Positions 48,053 to 57,776 of a DNA stretch of 64,000 nt are shown piece after piece. Origin of the DNA: an uncultured Methanosarcinales archaeon. GTDB lineage: Archaea > Nanobdellota > Nanobdellia > Woesearchaeales > ARS49. The stretch's first letter is position 1. Each line of letters starts with the position of its first letter. The stretch covers positions 6,018 to 70,017 of the forward strand of contig CAYIEN010000003.1 in assembly GCA_964362535.1 (NCBI GenBank), given 5' to 3'. The translations under genes were made by a program, and so were the position numbers. The notes beneath the pieces are model-generated. The model was given only the letters and a program-made list of their open reading frames with translations, did no database searches and was not told where the DNA came from.

Positions 48053-48370
48053 TTGGTCATGGAACCGTTTGTTGTTTTGGATCGTTCAAATAAGCATTTT
48101 TCGCGTTTTATGGACTTGTTGAAAGAACAGGAGCATGTGCGTATTAAGGATGTAAAGAAGATTGTTACGCATTCTTCGTATTATGGTGTTATTCTGAAGA
48201 AGGTTTGTGGTTTGAATGAAGTGATGCGTGAATTGTCTCCGAAATTCTATATTGCTGAACCTGCTTTTGACGTGACGGAAAGCAAGGAAGTGTTCACTGC
48301 CTTGAAACGTTGTCCAAACCTCGTTATTGAGGCACGTAAAGAATTCTTCCTGCTGAGGTACACACAATGA
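48053..48370 (+). CDS. Hypothetical protein (105 aa), co-transcribed with RHH protein
   Basis: ATGA overlap with downstream gene. Confidence 0.35.
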   Translation: MVMEPFVVLDRSNKHFSRFMDLLKEQEHVRIKDVKKIVTHSSYYGVILKKVCGLNEVMRELSPKFYIAEPAFDVTESKEVFTALKRCPNLVIEARKEFFLLRYTQ

Positions 48371-48588
48371 GGAAAAACCATCAGATACGTTTTCGCGTCG
48401 ATCGTGAACAGGCAGAACGCATTCGTAACAAAGCAAGCGCAAAAGGATATTCAAGCACAAGCGCATATTTACGTCATCTAGCTCTTGAACGCGATATGCT
48501 GATCGAGCAAGCAATTCTTGACACTCGCGATGATGTCGTGACACTTTCGCGGATGATTAAGGAATCACGCAAAACTGGCACTGTTTAG
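48367..48588 (+). CDS. Ribbon-helix-helix DNA-binding protein (MobC/CopG-like)
   Basis: IRFRVDREQAERIRNKASAKGYSSTSAYLRHLAL matches RHH beta-strand plus helices pattern of MobC-type proteins. Confidence 0.5.
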   Translation: MRKNHQIRFRVDREQAERIRNKASAKGYSSTSAYLRHLALERDMLIEQAILDTRDDVVTLSRMIKESRKTGTV

Positions 48589-48807
48589 TGCAACAACGTC
48601 TGTTTTAGGGCGTTCTTGACTATCGAGGAAAACGAGGACTGCTTTACGTCCCTCGCAATTAACTAGATAGTAGAAGACTTCATCACCTTTTTGGAGCGCG
48701 TTACCAACAACAAGCTCTTTTGCGAGTGTTAAGAAAAAGTTAGCGCGCTTTTGCTGTAAACGCACTGACCAACCCACGCCTTCAAAATTGCCTTTTGTTG
48801 TATTCAT
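48565..48807 (-). CDS. Hypothetical protein (80 aa)
   Basis: No motif. Confidence 0.25.
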   Translation of the reverse strand: MNTTKGNFEGVGWSVRLQQKRANFFLTLAKELVVGNALQKGDEVFYYLVNCEGRKAVLVFLDSQERPKTDVVALNSASFA

Positions 48808-48953
48808 CAGTTTGAAACCGCCCCACCTCTTATCCTGAATGTGTTTTTTTCCCTTTATAAAATGGCTGAGAAAAAAATGGAAGAAAATGTAGAGAAAAGC
48901 TTAAAAAGCACACAATATCCTCCATTTTTGAAGGGGCTGATGGAAGTACATCG

Positions 48954-50021
48954 GTGGAATTTGACCTCAAAAACATCAAGATATTGACGGAACTTGACAA
49001 GAATTGTCGACAACCGTATTCTGACATTGCCAAAACAGTCAATCTTTCTCAGCAATCCGTAAGCCGCAGAATCAACAAACTCCTCCAGGAAGGCGTTCTG
49101 AAACAGTTCGTCACATTCATCAACCTCGAATACATCGGTTTTCGAGTCATTAACATCTGTTTGAAGCTGAAACACATGCCTCAAGCCGAAGAAGAACACC
49201 TCCTTCAGCTCATAAGCGACATTCCGCACGTCAACTGGCTTTGTAGCCTTTCTGGAAGCCCTTACGACTTGATAATTGGCATTCACGCAGCAGACGTCAG
49301 CCACTTTGAACGCCTCTTTAACCAAATTACAGGCATATTTGAGCACGAAATCATCGACGACGGATGGTTCAACTGCATGGACAGCTTCCAACTCCCCTAC
49401 CCCCTCCAAAAGCGCAAGCCAGAGGTTCCGTCAAGCATTGGCGTAAAGCTCGGCCCAAAACTCGCCTTACAACGTCTTGACTACCTGATCCTCCAAGAAT
49501 TAGCAAGCAACGCCCGAATAACCAACCAAGAACTAGCCAAAAAATTCAAAACAGGCATTCAAACCATTACTGCACACATTCAACGCATGGAACAAGACAA
49601 CGTCATCCAAGGCTACAAGCCGTTGATTGACATGCAAAAACTCGGATACCAATGGCACCTCGTATTGTTTAAACTGAAATACGTTGATGCCGAAACCAAG
49701 AAACAATTCATGGAATTCCTGAAATCAATACCCCAAACCTTCTTCGTCGTTCACGGAGTGGGAAACTGGAACATGCAAGTCGAATTCTACTGCAAAAACA
49801 ACGACGAATACGGACAAGTCATGAACACCATCTTCCCACAAAAATACCACAAAATCATCAAAACACAACACGAACTTATTATTTTAAAAGAACACAAATG
49901 CATCTGGTATCCTGCTGCGAAAGTCGAAGAAGCTATCCAAACGAAACTTGGCAAATGGAATTCCCAAAAACAACCACTCGAACAACCCATCAAAACACTC
50001 ATCAAACGAACAAAAACATAA
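48954..50021 (+). CDS. Tandem (duplicated) Lrp/AsnC-family transcriptional regulator
   Basis: Two HTH_AsnC-like units (LDKNCRQPYSDIAKTVNLSQQSVSRRINKL; LQELASNARITNQELAKKFKTGIQTITAHIQRM), each followed by RAM-like domain. Confidence 0.6.
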   Translation: MEFDLKNIKILTELDKNCRQPYSDIAKTVNLSQQSVSRRINKLLQEGVLKQFVTFINLEYIGFRVINICLKLKHMPQAEEEHLLQLISDIPHVNWLCSLSGSPYDLIIGIHAADVSHFERLFNQITGIFEHEIIDDGWFNCMDSFQLPYPLQKRKPEVPSSIGVKLGPKLALQRLDYLILQELASNARITNQELAKKFKTGIQTITAHIQRMEQDNVIQGYKPLIDMQKLGYQWHLVLFKLKYVDAETKKQFMEFLKSIPQTFFVVHGVGNWNMQVEFYCKNNDEYGQVMNTIFPQKYHKIIKTQHELIILKEHKCIWYPAAKVEEAIQTKLGKWNSQKQPLEQPIKTLIKRTKT

Positions 50022-50085
50022 TAGGAAGAAAAGGTGAATCTTTTTATGAGAAAGTTCTTTAAATCAGCATCTTTCATCAGGCATA

Positions 50086-50829
50086 ATGGCGGATAAAGAT
50101 CAACAAAGTGTAGGTTGTGCGAGAAACATTAACGAAAGTTCGGCATTGGGCATTCTGAGTGAACAGGTGGATGAAGCGGGACTGCGTTTTTGTTGGGACA
50201 CTTTGCCTTCTGATAAACGGAATATTTTAAGGCCGGATTGCAAAAATATCGAAGATGTCATTCTGGACGCCGCACGTATGTACTTGAGTCCTTCATTTGT
50301 CTTTGATGGTCCTGAAGACTTTTCTAAAGGATCACTTGTATACATTCTCATGGTGGACTCAATACTTGAATTTATGGAGGGAGAAGTCCATATTGCTGGC
50401 GAAAAGCTCAAAACAAGATTTTCGACATTCACACAAGCTCCCTACGACTTGTTACCTGGCAAAGAAGTTATGCGTCTGAATTTTTATGAGCCAAAATCAA
50501 TAGCAGATTTAGGATGCGTTGCCGTTCACGAATTCTCGCACTTATACGACGCCCGAAGAAACAAACTCGCAATTGAGGAAGATACAAATCAGCTCCTACC
50601 TAGTGAAAAAACTCGATATGGCAGATCCATTACGCATGTTGTTTCAGAAGTAAAAGCTACACTTAGAGAGCTTATTTACGCAAAATCCTTAGATTGCAAT
50701 AAAGATGAAAAAGATCGCCTTCTGGCAATAAATTTACGGAGATTAACTAAAGAACTAGATGAATTAAGCGTTAGTAATGTTCAAGAGAAAATATGGTTAG
50801 AACTCGATATTGGTAAATACTTGAAGTAA
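50086..50829 (+). CDS. Putative zinc metallopeptidase (HExxH motif)
   Basis: VAVHEFSHLYD is the single HExxH element; otherwise unassigned. Confidence 0.35.
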   Translation: MADKDQQSVGCARNINESSALGILSEQVDEAGLRFCWDTLPSDKRNILRPDCKNIEDVILDAARMYLSPSFVFDGPEDFSKGSLVYILMVDSILEFMEGEVHIAGEKLKTRFSTFTQAPYDLLPGKEVMRLNFYEPKSIADLGCVAVHEFSHLYDARRNKLAIEEDTNQLLPSEKTRYGRSITHVVSEVKATLRELIYAKSLDCNKDEKDRLLAINLRRLTKELDELSVSNVQEKIWLELDIGKYLK

Positions 50830-50869
50830 CTCTGCCTTTTCGATCGATTAAGAAGCTAGGGTTTCTTGT

Positions 50870-51154
50870 TCAAAGTAATCTTGTGTTGAGAGGGTGCGGG
50901 CAGAATGTTTTTAAGAAATAGTCGATTTTTTCGGGGTGTTGTTCCGCATCGCGTTTTAGATGAGTCACTCGAGCAACGTATTGCAAGACTGCCTGATACT
51001 GCTGAAGAGGGTTATTCAACGCAGCGATCTGGTCACGATGCATTTTGATAGATACAGCCACACTCGGATTATCCGCGTACTCCCAAAGAAGTTTGATAAA
51101 GTAATCAAAGGCGTTAAGCGGCTCGCGCATGATAACATCAAGTTCTTCTGTCAT
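50870..51154 (-). CDS. Hypothetical protein (94 aa), last gene of SET operon
   Basis: No motif. Confidence 0.3.
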   Translation of the reverse strand: MTEELDVIMREPLNAFDYFIKLLWEYADNPSVAVSIKMHRDQIAALNNPLQQYQAVLQYVARVTHLKRDAEQHPEKIDYFLKTFCPHPLNTRLL

Positions 51155-51205
51155 AGTAGTCTGGAATGCTCAAATGAATAAAAACCTTCACTTTCTCGTT
51201 TCTAG

Positions 51206-52156
51206 TTAGGCATGTTCTGTTCCGGGGTATCGTATTCGTGGTCTTCCTTGTCCTCGTGTTGTGCGGATGTATTTGCTGAATTCGCACATGCAGTTTTGTA
51301 ATGACATGACGCTGAGTGTTCGTTCATTCATCGGTAAGTCTGTAAGTATTCTTGTTAGGTCTCCGAGGACTCTTTTTTGGTTGTCGCGGAGCCAAAAAAG
51401 CAGTTCTTCATCAGTGAGCCCATCAGTATTGGAGAATAAGTAGCGTAGTCCTTTCTTGCAGCCGGGTCCCGCAACGACAAACTCATTCTCACTGAAAGGA
51501 AACGCAGGAATGTAGGTGAAGTCAACAAATATTTGGTATGCGAGAAAGCGCCCCAGTCCTGGACAGCTTTCCAATGCTTCAAAAACTTCTCGGGGCGTCA
51601 CACTGCGCATTATTCTCCCGATAATGTCCTGCGCTTTGTGCAGTGCAACGAGCCGTATGATGCGAACTGCTTTGTTCGGTTCATTCGAGAAAAGCTTGTT
51701 TGCCGCAGCTTTCGGTCCGCTCGTGAAAAAAGCATTAGAAAACAACACAAACCGCGCACTATCCAATTTCTTTCGAATACTGTCATAAGGTATGTTGTCG
51801 AAATCAACAAGCCCGATGTGCTCTATGGTTTGTGACTTGTTAAACAGACGAAAAAGAATACAGTTGAGAAGCGTGTGCCCATAAGAAAGATTTGTATTTA
51901 GACAAACGTGGTTGATAAGCCAAATCGTTTCTTTGTCCTGTTCGCGCCGCACATTCGTAAACTTGTACTTTTGCAAAATAGGGTCTTGCGTCCACGGCTT
52001 TGGCAAATGTTTTTCTTTCGCAAGCCGAATACGATATCTCTCGCAAACCCAATACGCAAACAACCGCGCTTCCTCAACATTCAAAACCGGCACAGCAACC
52101 CTGATCAGCTCTTTGCGAACCGCACAATACGGAATATCTGCAGATTTCAATTGCAT
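51206..52156 (-). CDS. Hypothetical protein (316 aa), W/F/Y-rich conserved blocks; no confident family assignment
   Basis: Blocks PWTQDPILQKYKFTNVRREQDKET, GLGRFLAYQIFVDFTY, FVVAGPGCKKGLRYLF; in operon with NDT-like and SET genes. Confidence 0.4.
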   Translation of the reverse strand: MQLKSADIPYCAVRKELIRVAVPVLNVEEARLFAYWVCERYRIRLAKEKHLPKPWTQDPILQKYKFTNVRREQDKETIWLINHVCLNTNLSYGHTLLNCILFRLFNKSQTIEHIGLVDFDNIPYDSIRKKLDSARFVLFSNAFFTSGPKAAANKLFSNEPNKAVRIIRLVALHKAQDIIGRIMRSVTPREVFEALESCPGLGRFLAYQIFVDFTYIPAFPFSENEFVVAGPGCKKGLRYLFSNTDGLTDEELLFWLRDNQKRVLGDLTRILTDLPMNERTLSVMSLQNCMCEFSKYIRTTRGQGRPRIRYPGTEHA

Positions 52157-52219
52157 AAAAAAACAATACCCAAGAACAGATTAAATAACTTACTTGTCAG
52201 GATGGGTAAAGATCGCGCA

Positions 52220-52417
52220 TCACAACTTGTGCATCTTCTTAGCAACAATGGTCAATATTCCTGCAAATAACAGTGTGGTGAATGAAACAAGTATTATGCG
52301 CCACACTTCAGACATTCCGATTGGTTTGAGAATGAACTGGTGCAAAAGAACTACTAAAACGATATCAATAACCCAAATGAGCAAGTAACGCGAATGCGAT
52401 TTCTTACGTGCCATCAT
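52220..52417 (-). CDS. Small 2-TM membrane protein (65 aa)
   Basis: Hydrophobic helices; within operon. Confidence 0.3.
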   Translation of the reverse strand: MMARKKSHSRYLLIWVIDIVLVVLLHQFILKPIGMSEVWRIILVSFTTLLFAGILTIVAKKMHKL

Positions 52418-52445
52418 CCGTTAGTGTTCTTTTTGATTTATAAGA

Positions 52446-52835
52446 TTATCTCTCAAGATGAACCGCGTTTTTGAACAGTTCTATGTTGTTGAGCGGGATA
52501 ATCCCTGCTGCGAAAGTGTCGATTGCGATGTCTTTTGTTGGTTCCGAGAAATAAACAGGTTTTTTGAGTGCGAGCGCGTATCCAAGCTCGATTTTAAGGC
52601 TTGTTCCGATGTATCCTTCTGGAACAATAAAGTAAACAGCATCGCACTTCTCAATTGCCTCGTAGTATTCTAACGCTAGTCTCTTTTTTGTTTCAGGACT
52701 GTCAGCCACATCACGATTTTCCGATATTTGATCAACATTCGGACACAACGGCTGCAAACCTAACTCATTCATACACTTTATCGTCGCTTTCACCACATCA
52801 CGAAAACGCATACTCGAACCGATCAAAATTTTCAT
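52446..52835 (-). CDS. Nucleoside 2-deoxyribosyltransferase-like (Rcl/DNPH1-type N-glycosidase fold) protein
   Basis: CDAVYFIVPEGYIGTSLKIELGYALALKKPVY matches the family's flavodoxin-like catalytic core (E in xELG, GKP). Confidence 0.5.
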   Translation of the reverse strand: MKILIGSSMRFRDVVKATIKCMNELGLQPLCPNVDQISENRDVADSPETKKRLALEYYEAIEKCDAVYFIVPEGYIGTSLKIELGYALALKKPVYFSEPTKDIAIDTFAAGIIPLNNIELFKNAVHLER

Positions 52836-54097
52836 AATTTCTCCACTACTTGGTTTTCATCTTCATAAACGATTTTTCCCAGCGCATCTTTAGAAGATGC
52901 TTCTGATTTAATATTCGAAAGATACTTTTTGTGTGAAAGCAACAACGTTTTCTCGTACGTCGCTTTACCCTTTTTGGTAAGATAGAATCTATACTTGCCT
53001 TTTGGAAGCGTTGGCTTAACAAGCCACTTCTTTCGTTCCAACACTTCATTTATGAGAGTTTCTGGAAGTAATCGTTTGCCTGCGGAAAAGACTCCTTCGC
53101 CATTCGTTGTGAAGCGATAAAGTTGCATTTTCTGCCGTTCAATAATGAATGGTGGAACAACGCCAAGTTGAATGTATTTTTTTTGCAGTGCTTTTGTTAG
53201 TGTTCCAAACGATGCAATAGTTTTGCGACACTTTTTATTTCCGCAGGCGCACTTCATTGTTTCGTTATCCGCAATTGCAGTTGAATAGTCATATGTAATT
53301 TCTTCTCCTGATTTTATGTATTTTATTGCAATGAGACTGGCAGTTTTGCCATGAATCTTTTGTCCTGCATTCGGATTACAAGAATGATTCACGAAGTCCT
53401 CCACGTCGTGCGCCGGACCAATCCACAAGGTTTCCGAAATTTGTGCAGAATGAGCACGTACGCTTTGCGGTTCACGCATCATTTGCACATTCGTCATCAA
53501 TTTACCCGTATACCGAAAAATAACCTCTCCTTTCTTGAAATCACGATTCGCAAAAACACCCTTGCCCGCAGTCTTGGACTTTTTTACTAGCAAAGGCTCA
53601 TACTTCCAACGCTTATTTACCGTTGCCATGAGTTTTTCGTATTTCGCAAAAGAACCAAGCTTTGCGCTTTTTCTTCGTGCATCCAGCCCTTTGCGGTCAG
53701 CAATAGGTCTCGCAATAAAAATGCCTTTCGGAGCATAAAACTGTGTTCCGTACACTTGTTTCTTGCCTGAATTGACCAGAACTCTATCCGTTAAAAACGC
53801 CAGACTTCCTTTGTCTGCTTGTTTTTCTTTCACTGCTTTTTGTAGTAGTTTGAGGCATTTCTTTTGGAATGCGAGATTGTAATCCGCGTGCTGTAAGATT
53901 AGCCAGGCAGCAATGGAGCCCTTCCTGCCCACTAATTTGTATGTTGGCCAGCCAAATTCATTAACAATTTTGACCAACACCTTCGCGTGCCTCTTATCCA
54001 TTTCCGGATCCCACTTACCACCCTTCCCCGCAGCAGTACGCATCTTCACGTCAGCCTTCATCATGCGAAGAAGCTCAAAATGGAGTTTGTGGTTCAT
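52832..54097 (-). CDS. SET-domain lysine methyltransferase-like protein with post-SET Cys cluster and unassigned N-/C-terminal domains
   Basis: GKGVFANRDFKKGEVIFRYTG, NHSCNPN, EITYDYS, post-SET CACGNKKCR. Confidence 0.7.
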   Translation of the reverse strand: MNHKLHFELLRMMKADVKMRTAAGKGGKWDPEMDKRHAKVLVKIVNEFGWPTYKLVGRKGSIAAWLILQHADYNLAFQKKCLKLLQKAVKEKQADKGSLAFLTDRVLVNSGKKQVYGTQFYAPKGIFIARPIADRKGLDARRKSAKLGSFAKYEKLMATVNKRWKYEPLLVKKSKTAGKGVFANRDFKKGEVIFRYTGKLMTNVQMMREPQSVRAHSAQISETLWIGPAHDVEDFVNHSCNPNAGQKIHGKTASLIAIKYIKSGEEITYDYSTAIADNETMKCACGNKKCRKTIASFGTLTKALQKKYIQLGVVPPFIIERQKMQLYRFTTNGEGVFSAGKRLLPETLINEVLERKKWLVKPTLPKGKYRFYLTKKGKATYEKTLLLSHKKYLSNIKSEASSKDALGKIVYEDENQVVEKL

Positions 54098-54165
54098 TAC
54101 ACTTGTTGAGAATTTCGTATTTATAAATCATAAGTTTTAAGAAGAAGACTATCTTCTAAAGATGC

Positions 54166-54582
54166 ATGGCAGAAGTTCAACAGCCTCAAGGCAGTTTTGT
54201 TTGGAAGTATGGCCCGGCCTTTGTTCTCGGAGTCGCGGCTACACTGTGTTGTAGCACCCTTAACGAGCGGTTAGGCTCTCAGCACAAGCGCATTCTTCGT
54301 GACAAATCTGCCATTTACGTTCTGGAAACCTCCATGCTTAAAGATGGCAATCGGCAACAAACAGAACAGACAAATCCTTACTTACCACGTCTCGTCGCAC
54401 TTGAAGACGAACTAACCGCAGAACTTCCAGAACTGCAAGATCTTGAATGGTCTCTTGTCTTCGGTGAACTTTCTGAAGGTAACGCCAATATCAAACAAAA
54501 ATATCCAAAGTACACCGGAAGCTTTGATGCATACCGAGAAAAAATGAACCAGAATTATCACGAAATGTTCAGCAAAAAGTAA
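54166..54582 (+). CDS. Hypothetical protein (138 aa)
   Basis: No motif. Confidence 0.3.
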   Translation: MAEVQQPQGSFVWKYGPAFVLGVAATLCCSTLNERLGSQHKRILRDKSAIYVLETSMLKDGNRQQTEQTNPYLPRLVALEDELTAELPELQDLEWSLVFGELSEGNANIKQKYPKYTGSFDAYREKMNQNYHEMFSKK

Positions 54583-54627
54583 GTGTGTCGGGATAAACAT
54601 ATAAACTTCTGATTCTTTCGTGCGTTT

Positions 54628-54942
54628 ATGGGTTCGACAAAGATTGTTGAGGTGTTACCGAACAAGGAATTCGAATTATTGATTCGTGATTGCGTTATCA
54701 AGATTAATCCTCATGCTTCTTACCGTGTCAGCACTGCACAACGAACGGTCTTTTCGGATGCTGAACTCATCCGTATTTTGAAGGAAGAAAAGCCCGTACT
54801 GTATGGAGAACAAGAAAATGGTCGTTTCGCAGTCATTTTTAAAAGGAACGAAGGATTTATAAGGCTCATTTTCCAACATATCTCCAAAGGAATAGAAGTT
54901 GGAACTTTTTACATTATTGATCAATTACCACCAATAAAATGA
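54628..54942 (+). CDS. Small protein, possible DUF4258-like toxin partner of DUF2283
   Basis: 104 aa; ATGA overlap with DUF2283 gene; assignment by context and size only. Confidence 0.3.
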   Translation: MGSTKIVEVLPNKEFELLIRDCVIKINPHASYRVSTAQRTVFSDAELIRILKEEKPVLYGEQENGRFAVIFKRNEGFIRLIFQHISKGIEVGTFYIIDQLPPIK

Positions 54943-55316
54943 TGCGCAAACACTTAGACGCAAAAGGAGAAGTTGATTATGATTACAAAGAAGACACTCT
55001 GTTTTTCAAAATTCAGAATAGAGAATACGTGAAATCGATTGATTTTGAAGATATGGTTCTTGATGTTGACAAAGAAGGATTCATTACCGGAATTCAAGTA
55101 TTTGACGTATCAAAACTGTTCAAGTTGTCAAAAGAAGCACTTAGAAACGTGAAATACACACAATTCAACACCAAAGTAGAAAAGAACGTCATTACCGTAC
55201 AATTCATGTTCACCTGCGTACAAAGAAACAAAACCATCGTTGAACGAGGAGAAAACATGATCCGCGAATCACCATCCCCACTACTCGAAAGAGAAGTCGA
55301 ATGCATCGTAGCATAA
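54939..55316 (+). CDS. DUF2283 family protein
   Basis: EVDYDYKEDTLFFKI...DFEDMVLDVDKEGFITGIQVFD matches DUF2283 consensus (YDxEADxLYI ... DxDxxGxxxGIEI). Confidence 0.5.
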   Translation: MMRKHLDAKGEVDYDYKEDTLFFKIQNREYVKSIDFEDMVLDVDKEGFITGIQVFDVSKLFKLSKEALRNVKYTQFNTKVEKNVITVQFMFTCVQRNKTIVERGENMIRESPSPLLEREVECIVA

Positions 55317-55352
55317 ACCCATTCTTAAATACCTAAAATGATTTAAAGAGCT

Positions 55353-55853
55353 TTGCACTACTTGTTCGTTATGAAGCAACTTGCAGTGTATTATGACTGT
55401 CAGCATATTCCTCACAAATCTGAAGAAAGGTTTGTTCGCAATCACAAAAACGGTAAAGGAGACACTCTTGTCGAAATTCTTCACGCTGCAGATATTCCTT
55501 TCGAAGTAAGATTTTTGAGTGACGTTCGCCCCTCCCCCATTCTTGTTCTCGAGGAAGACCATCAAGAAAAACGCATGCTTCATCAGCATTCTGGAGCACC
55601 ATTCGAAATCCTGAAATTCGCATATAACGAAGGCTTCTTGACGAAAGAAAAATATATCAACCTAGCCAAACAATACACTCCGAAAGCTCACTGGTCATTC
55701 CTTAAAGCCGACGATACTGTTCAAGCGCAATGGAAGGCAGACGCCCGCGCATCCGTAACAGAAGCCGCCAAGAAAAGACTCGTCAAAGGAAGTCCGATGC
55801 CAGGTATCGACCCGGATGATAAACACGAATACACCATTCGCCTGCCAAAATAG
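55353..55853 (+). CDS. Hypothetical protein (166 aa)
   Basis: No motif. Confidence 0.3.
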   Translation: MHYLFVMKQLAVYYDCQHIPHKSEERFVRNHKNGKGDTLVEILHAADIPFEVRFLSDVRPSPILVLEEDHQEKRMLHQHSGAPFEILKFAYNEGFLTKEKYINLAKQYTPKAHWSFLKADDTVQAQWKADARASVTEAAKKRLVKGSPMPGIDPDDKHEYTIRLPK

Positions 55854-55893
55854 ACGTAAACTACATGAGTAGTTTTAACAGGACACAAAAATA

Positions 55894-56253
55894 CTAGGCT
55901 TCTGACACATAATGATTCTTGTCTGCCACTGGCGTGTACACGATATCTAATCGTATTCCGCTCCATCGAGAACCAATATACCCCGTCGAAAGAAGCCTTT
56001 GGTAATGTTCAGGAGTAATTTTGACAAAGTAATGCCTTTCATTATCTTCCTTTTTTACGGTAATCCCAAAACCCGGCGCCATACCACTCCCCGGAACCCG
56101 CTGAACATTCTTTGAAACACTAAAAAAGATACGCTTACCATTCGAATTATCCGCAAGACACTCCAGCGTTTTCCCTTGACCTAACTTCCGTTCATCAAAA
56201 GCATTAAGAGTCAAAACAAGATCCGCAAAAGCATTCACATTCATAAACTTCAA
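55894..56253 (-). CDS. Hypothetical protein (119 aa)
   Basis: No motif. Confidence 0.3.
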   Translation of the reverse strand: MKFMNVNAFADLVLTLNAFDERKLGQGKTLECLADNSNGKRIFFSVSKNVQRVPGSGMAPGFGITVKKEDNERHYFVKITPEHYQRLLSTGYIGSRWSGIRLDIVYTPVADKNHYVSEA

Positions 56254-56275
56254 AAAAGATGAAGAACCTATTTAA

Positions 56276-56461
56276 TCATTTCGTCGATCTTTTCAGTCTC
56301 GATTGACAATATGCGGCGGCAGCAGTCGTAATTGCACAATATCCTAACACTTGAAACGTATCTTCAGAAGTTTTTTGGGTTTTCCACGCATAGTAATTAC
56401 TCCCCAAAATTCCGACACCCATAATTGCGCCCACAATGATATTTTCAAGAGTGCGATTCAT
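56276..56461 (-). CDS. Small membrane protein (61 aa)
   Basis: Two hydrophobic segments. Confidence 0.25.
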   Translation of the reverse strand: MNRTLENIIVGAIMGVGILGSNYYAWKTQKTSEDTFQVLGYCAITTAAAAYCQSRLKRSTK

Positions 56462-56542
56462 TCATGACTCAAATTAAAGCTCGCTATAAAAATATATTGC
56501 CTGAAGCAACACTTATAAAGCACAATTTCCAACCTACATCTC

Positions 56543-57004
56543 ATGAACATCCGCAAAGCCTCTTTGAAAGACATTCCTGCTCTTGTTGCGCTTTTTCTTG
56601 AGTATGATAAGGTTGAGCACCGTTTGAACCCTTCCGTTCCTATGGGTTTAAAGAAACAATATGTGGTATTCTTCCGCAAAAACTTACCGAAGAAGCGTTT
56701 TGCCGTTTTTGTTGCGGATGACGGAAAGCTTCGCGGGCTTATTCACGCAGAAGTCTTCACCACAAACCAAAAGAAAAACATCGTCCTTTACGGATCCATC
56801 CAAAACGCCATTGTCAGCCACAAGTACCGCAACAAAGGTATCGGCACACAACTACTCAACACCGCAATCACATGGCTCAAAAAACAACCCATCAAAAAAA
56901 TCAACGCATACGTCCACGGCAAAAATGCGAAAGCACTCACATTCTGGAAACACAAAAAGTTCAAAATACGAGGGTATCAGTTGGAATTGCCTGTTAAAAA
57001 ATAG
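56543..57004 (+). CDS. GNAT-family N-acetyltransferase
   Basis: Motif A HRNKGIGTQLLNTAITWLKK (R/QxxGxG/A). Confidence 0.75.
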   Translation: MNIRKASLKDIPALVALFLEYDKVEHRLNPSVPMGLKKQYVVFFRKNLPKKRFAVFVADDGKLRGLIHAEVFTTNQKKNIVLYGSIQNAIVSHKYRNKGIGTQLLNTAITWLKKQPIKKINAYVHGKNAKALTFWKHKKFKIRGYQLELPVKK

Positions 57005-57103
57005 TTCTCGAGAATTATTTTTCTATACCAATAACGCGTCGCACGTGCGGAGGTAACTCAATCAAGATTAGCAAGAATCTTTTTATCAAATTAAAAAAGT
57101 ACT

Positions 57104-57646
57104 TCAAAAACTAAAAGTAATCTTAAATTGTCCTTTAGGGACTTCAATAATTCTATAATTGCTTCCTTCTTTCAGGATTGATACTCCTTGCGTTCTCAAA
57201 AAATCACTATATTCATCTTGCTCAGAACAACCTTGAAGGTTATATCTTTCCAAGATTTCTTTCTCAACGGTCTCATCTTCATCACTTTTGAATTGTTTAC
57301 CGTTGTAATTGCCCTTGCATAATTCAATTGCGTGAATTTCTGCTTTGTTGCTTAACTTGGGCATTCTTGAAGGATGCGATAATTCCGGTGCAGAAGCAAA
57401 TCCATATTCCCATAAAGCTCCGATCATGACTTTTATTACATCTTTCTTAAAATCTTCATTCTCCGCCGTGAAATATGGCGTTCTACTGACATGCTCTTCA
57501 ACTTTATTGTCTAATTCCGTTCCGGGAAAGGCTTTAATCTCTAAAGTCTTGTGCAGAATTGCATCTAAAGAAGAAACTTCAAAAACATGCACATGGTAAC
57601 CGTGATCTTTCTTTCTTTTGACATAATTATTAATTTTGTATAACAT
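57104..57646 (-). CDS. Hypothetical protein (180 aa)
   Basis: Leaderless from TTTATAAAT box 57669-57677; no motif. Confidence 0.4.
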   Translation of the reverse strand: MLYKINNYVKRKKDHGYHVHVFEVSSLDAILHKTLEIKAFPGTELDNKVEEHVSRTPYFTAENEDFKKDVIKVMIGALWEYGFASAPELSHPSRMPKLSNKAEIHAIELCKGNYNGKQFKSDEDETVEKEILERYNLQGCSEQDEYSDFLRTQGVSILKEGSNYRIIEVPKGQFKITFSF

Positions 57647-57776
57647 ATGACTTGATGAATATGACTCCTTTATAAATCTTTCTTTTATTTACTACTAATA
57701 AATGACTATCTTTAACTGGAAAAACAAAAACTTCAAAATAGGGGGATACAACCTCGAACTACCCACTAAAAAATAA

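Noticed and set aside
51206-52156. Tentative resemblance of the 316 aa protein to phage base-hypermodification (aGPT-Pplase-type) enzymes
   Set aside because: I cannot recall diagnostic motifs well enough to support this without an HMM search; left as hypothetical and mentioned only as a test to run.
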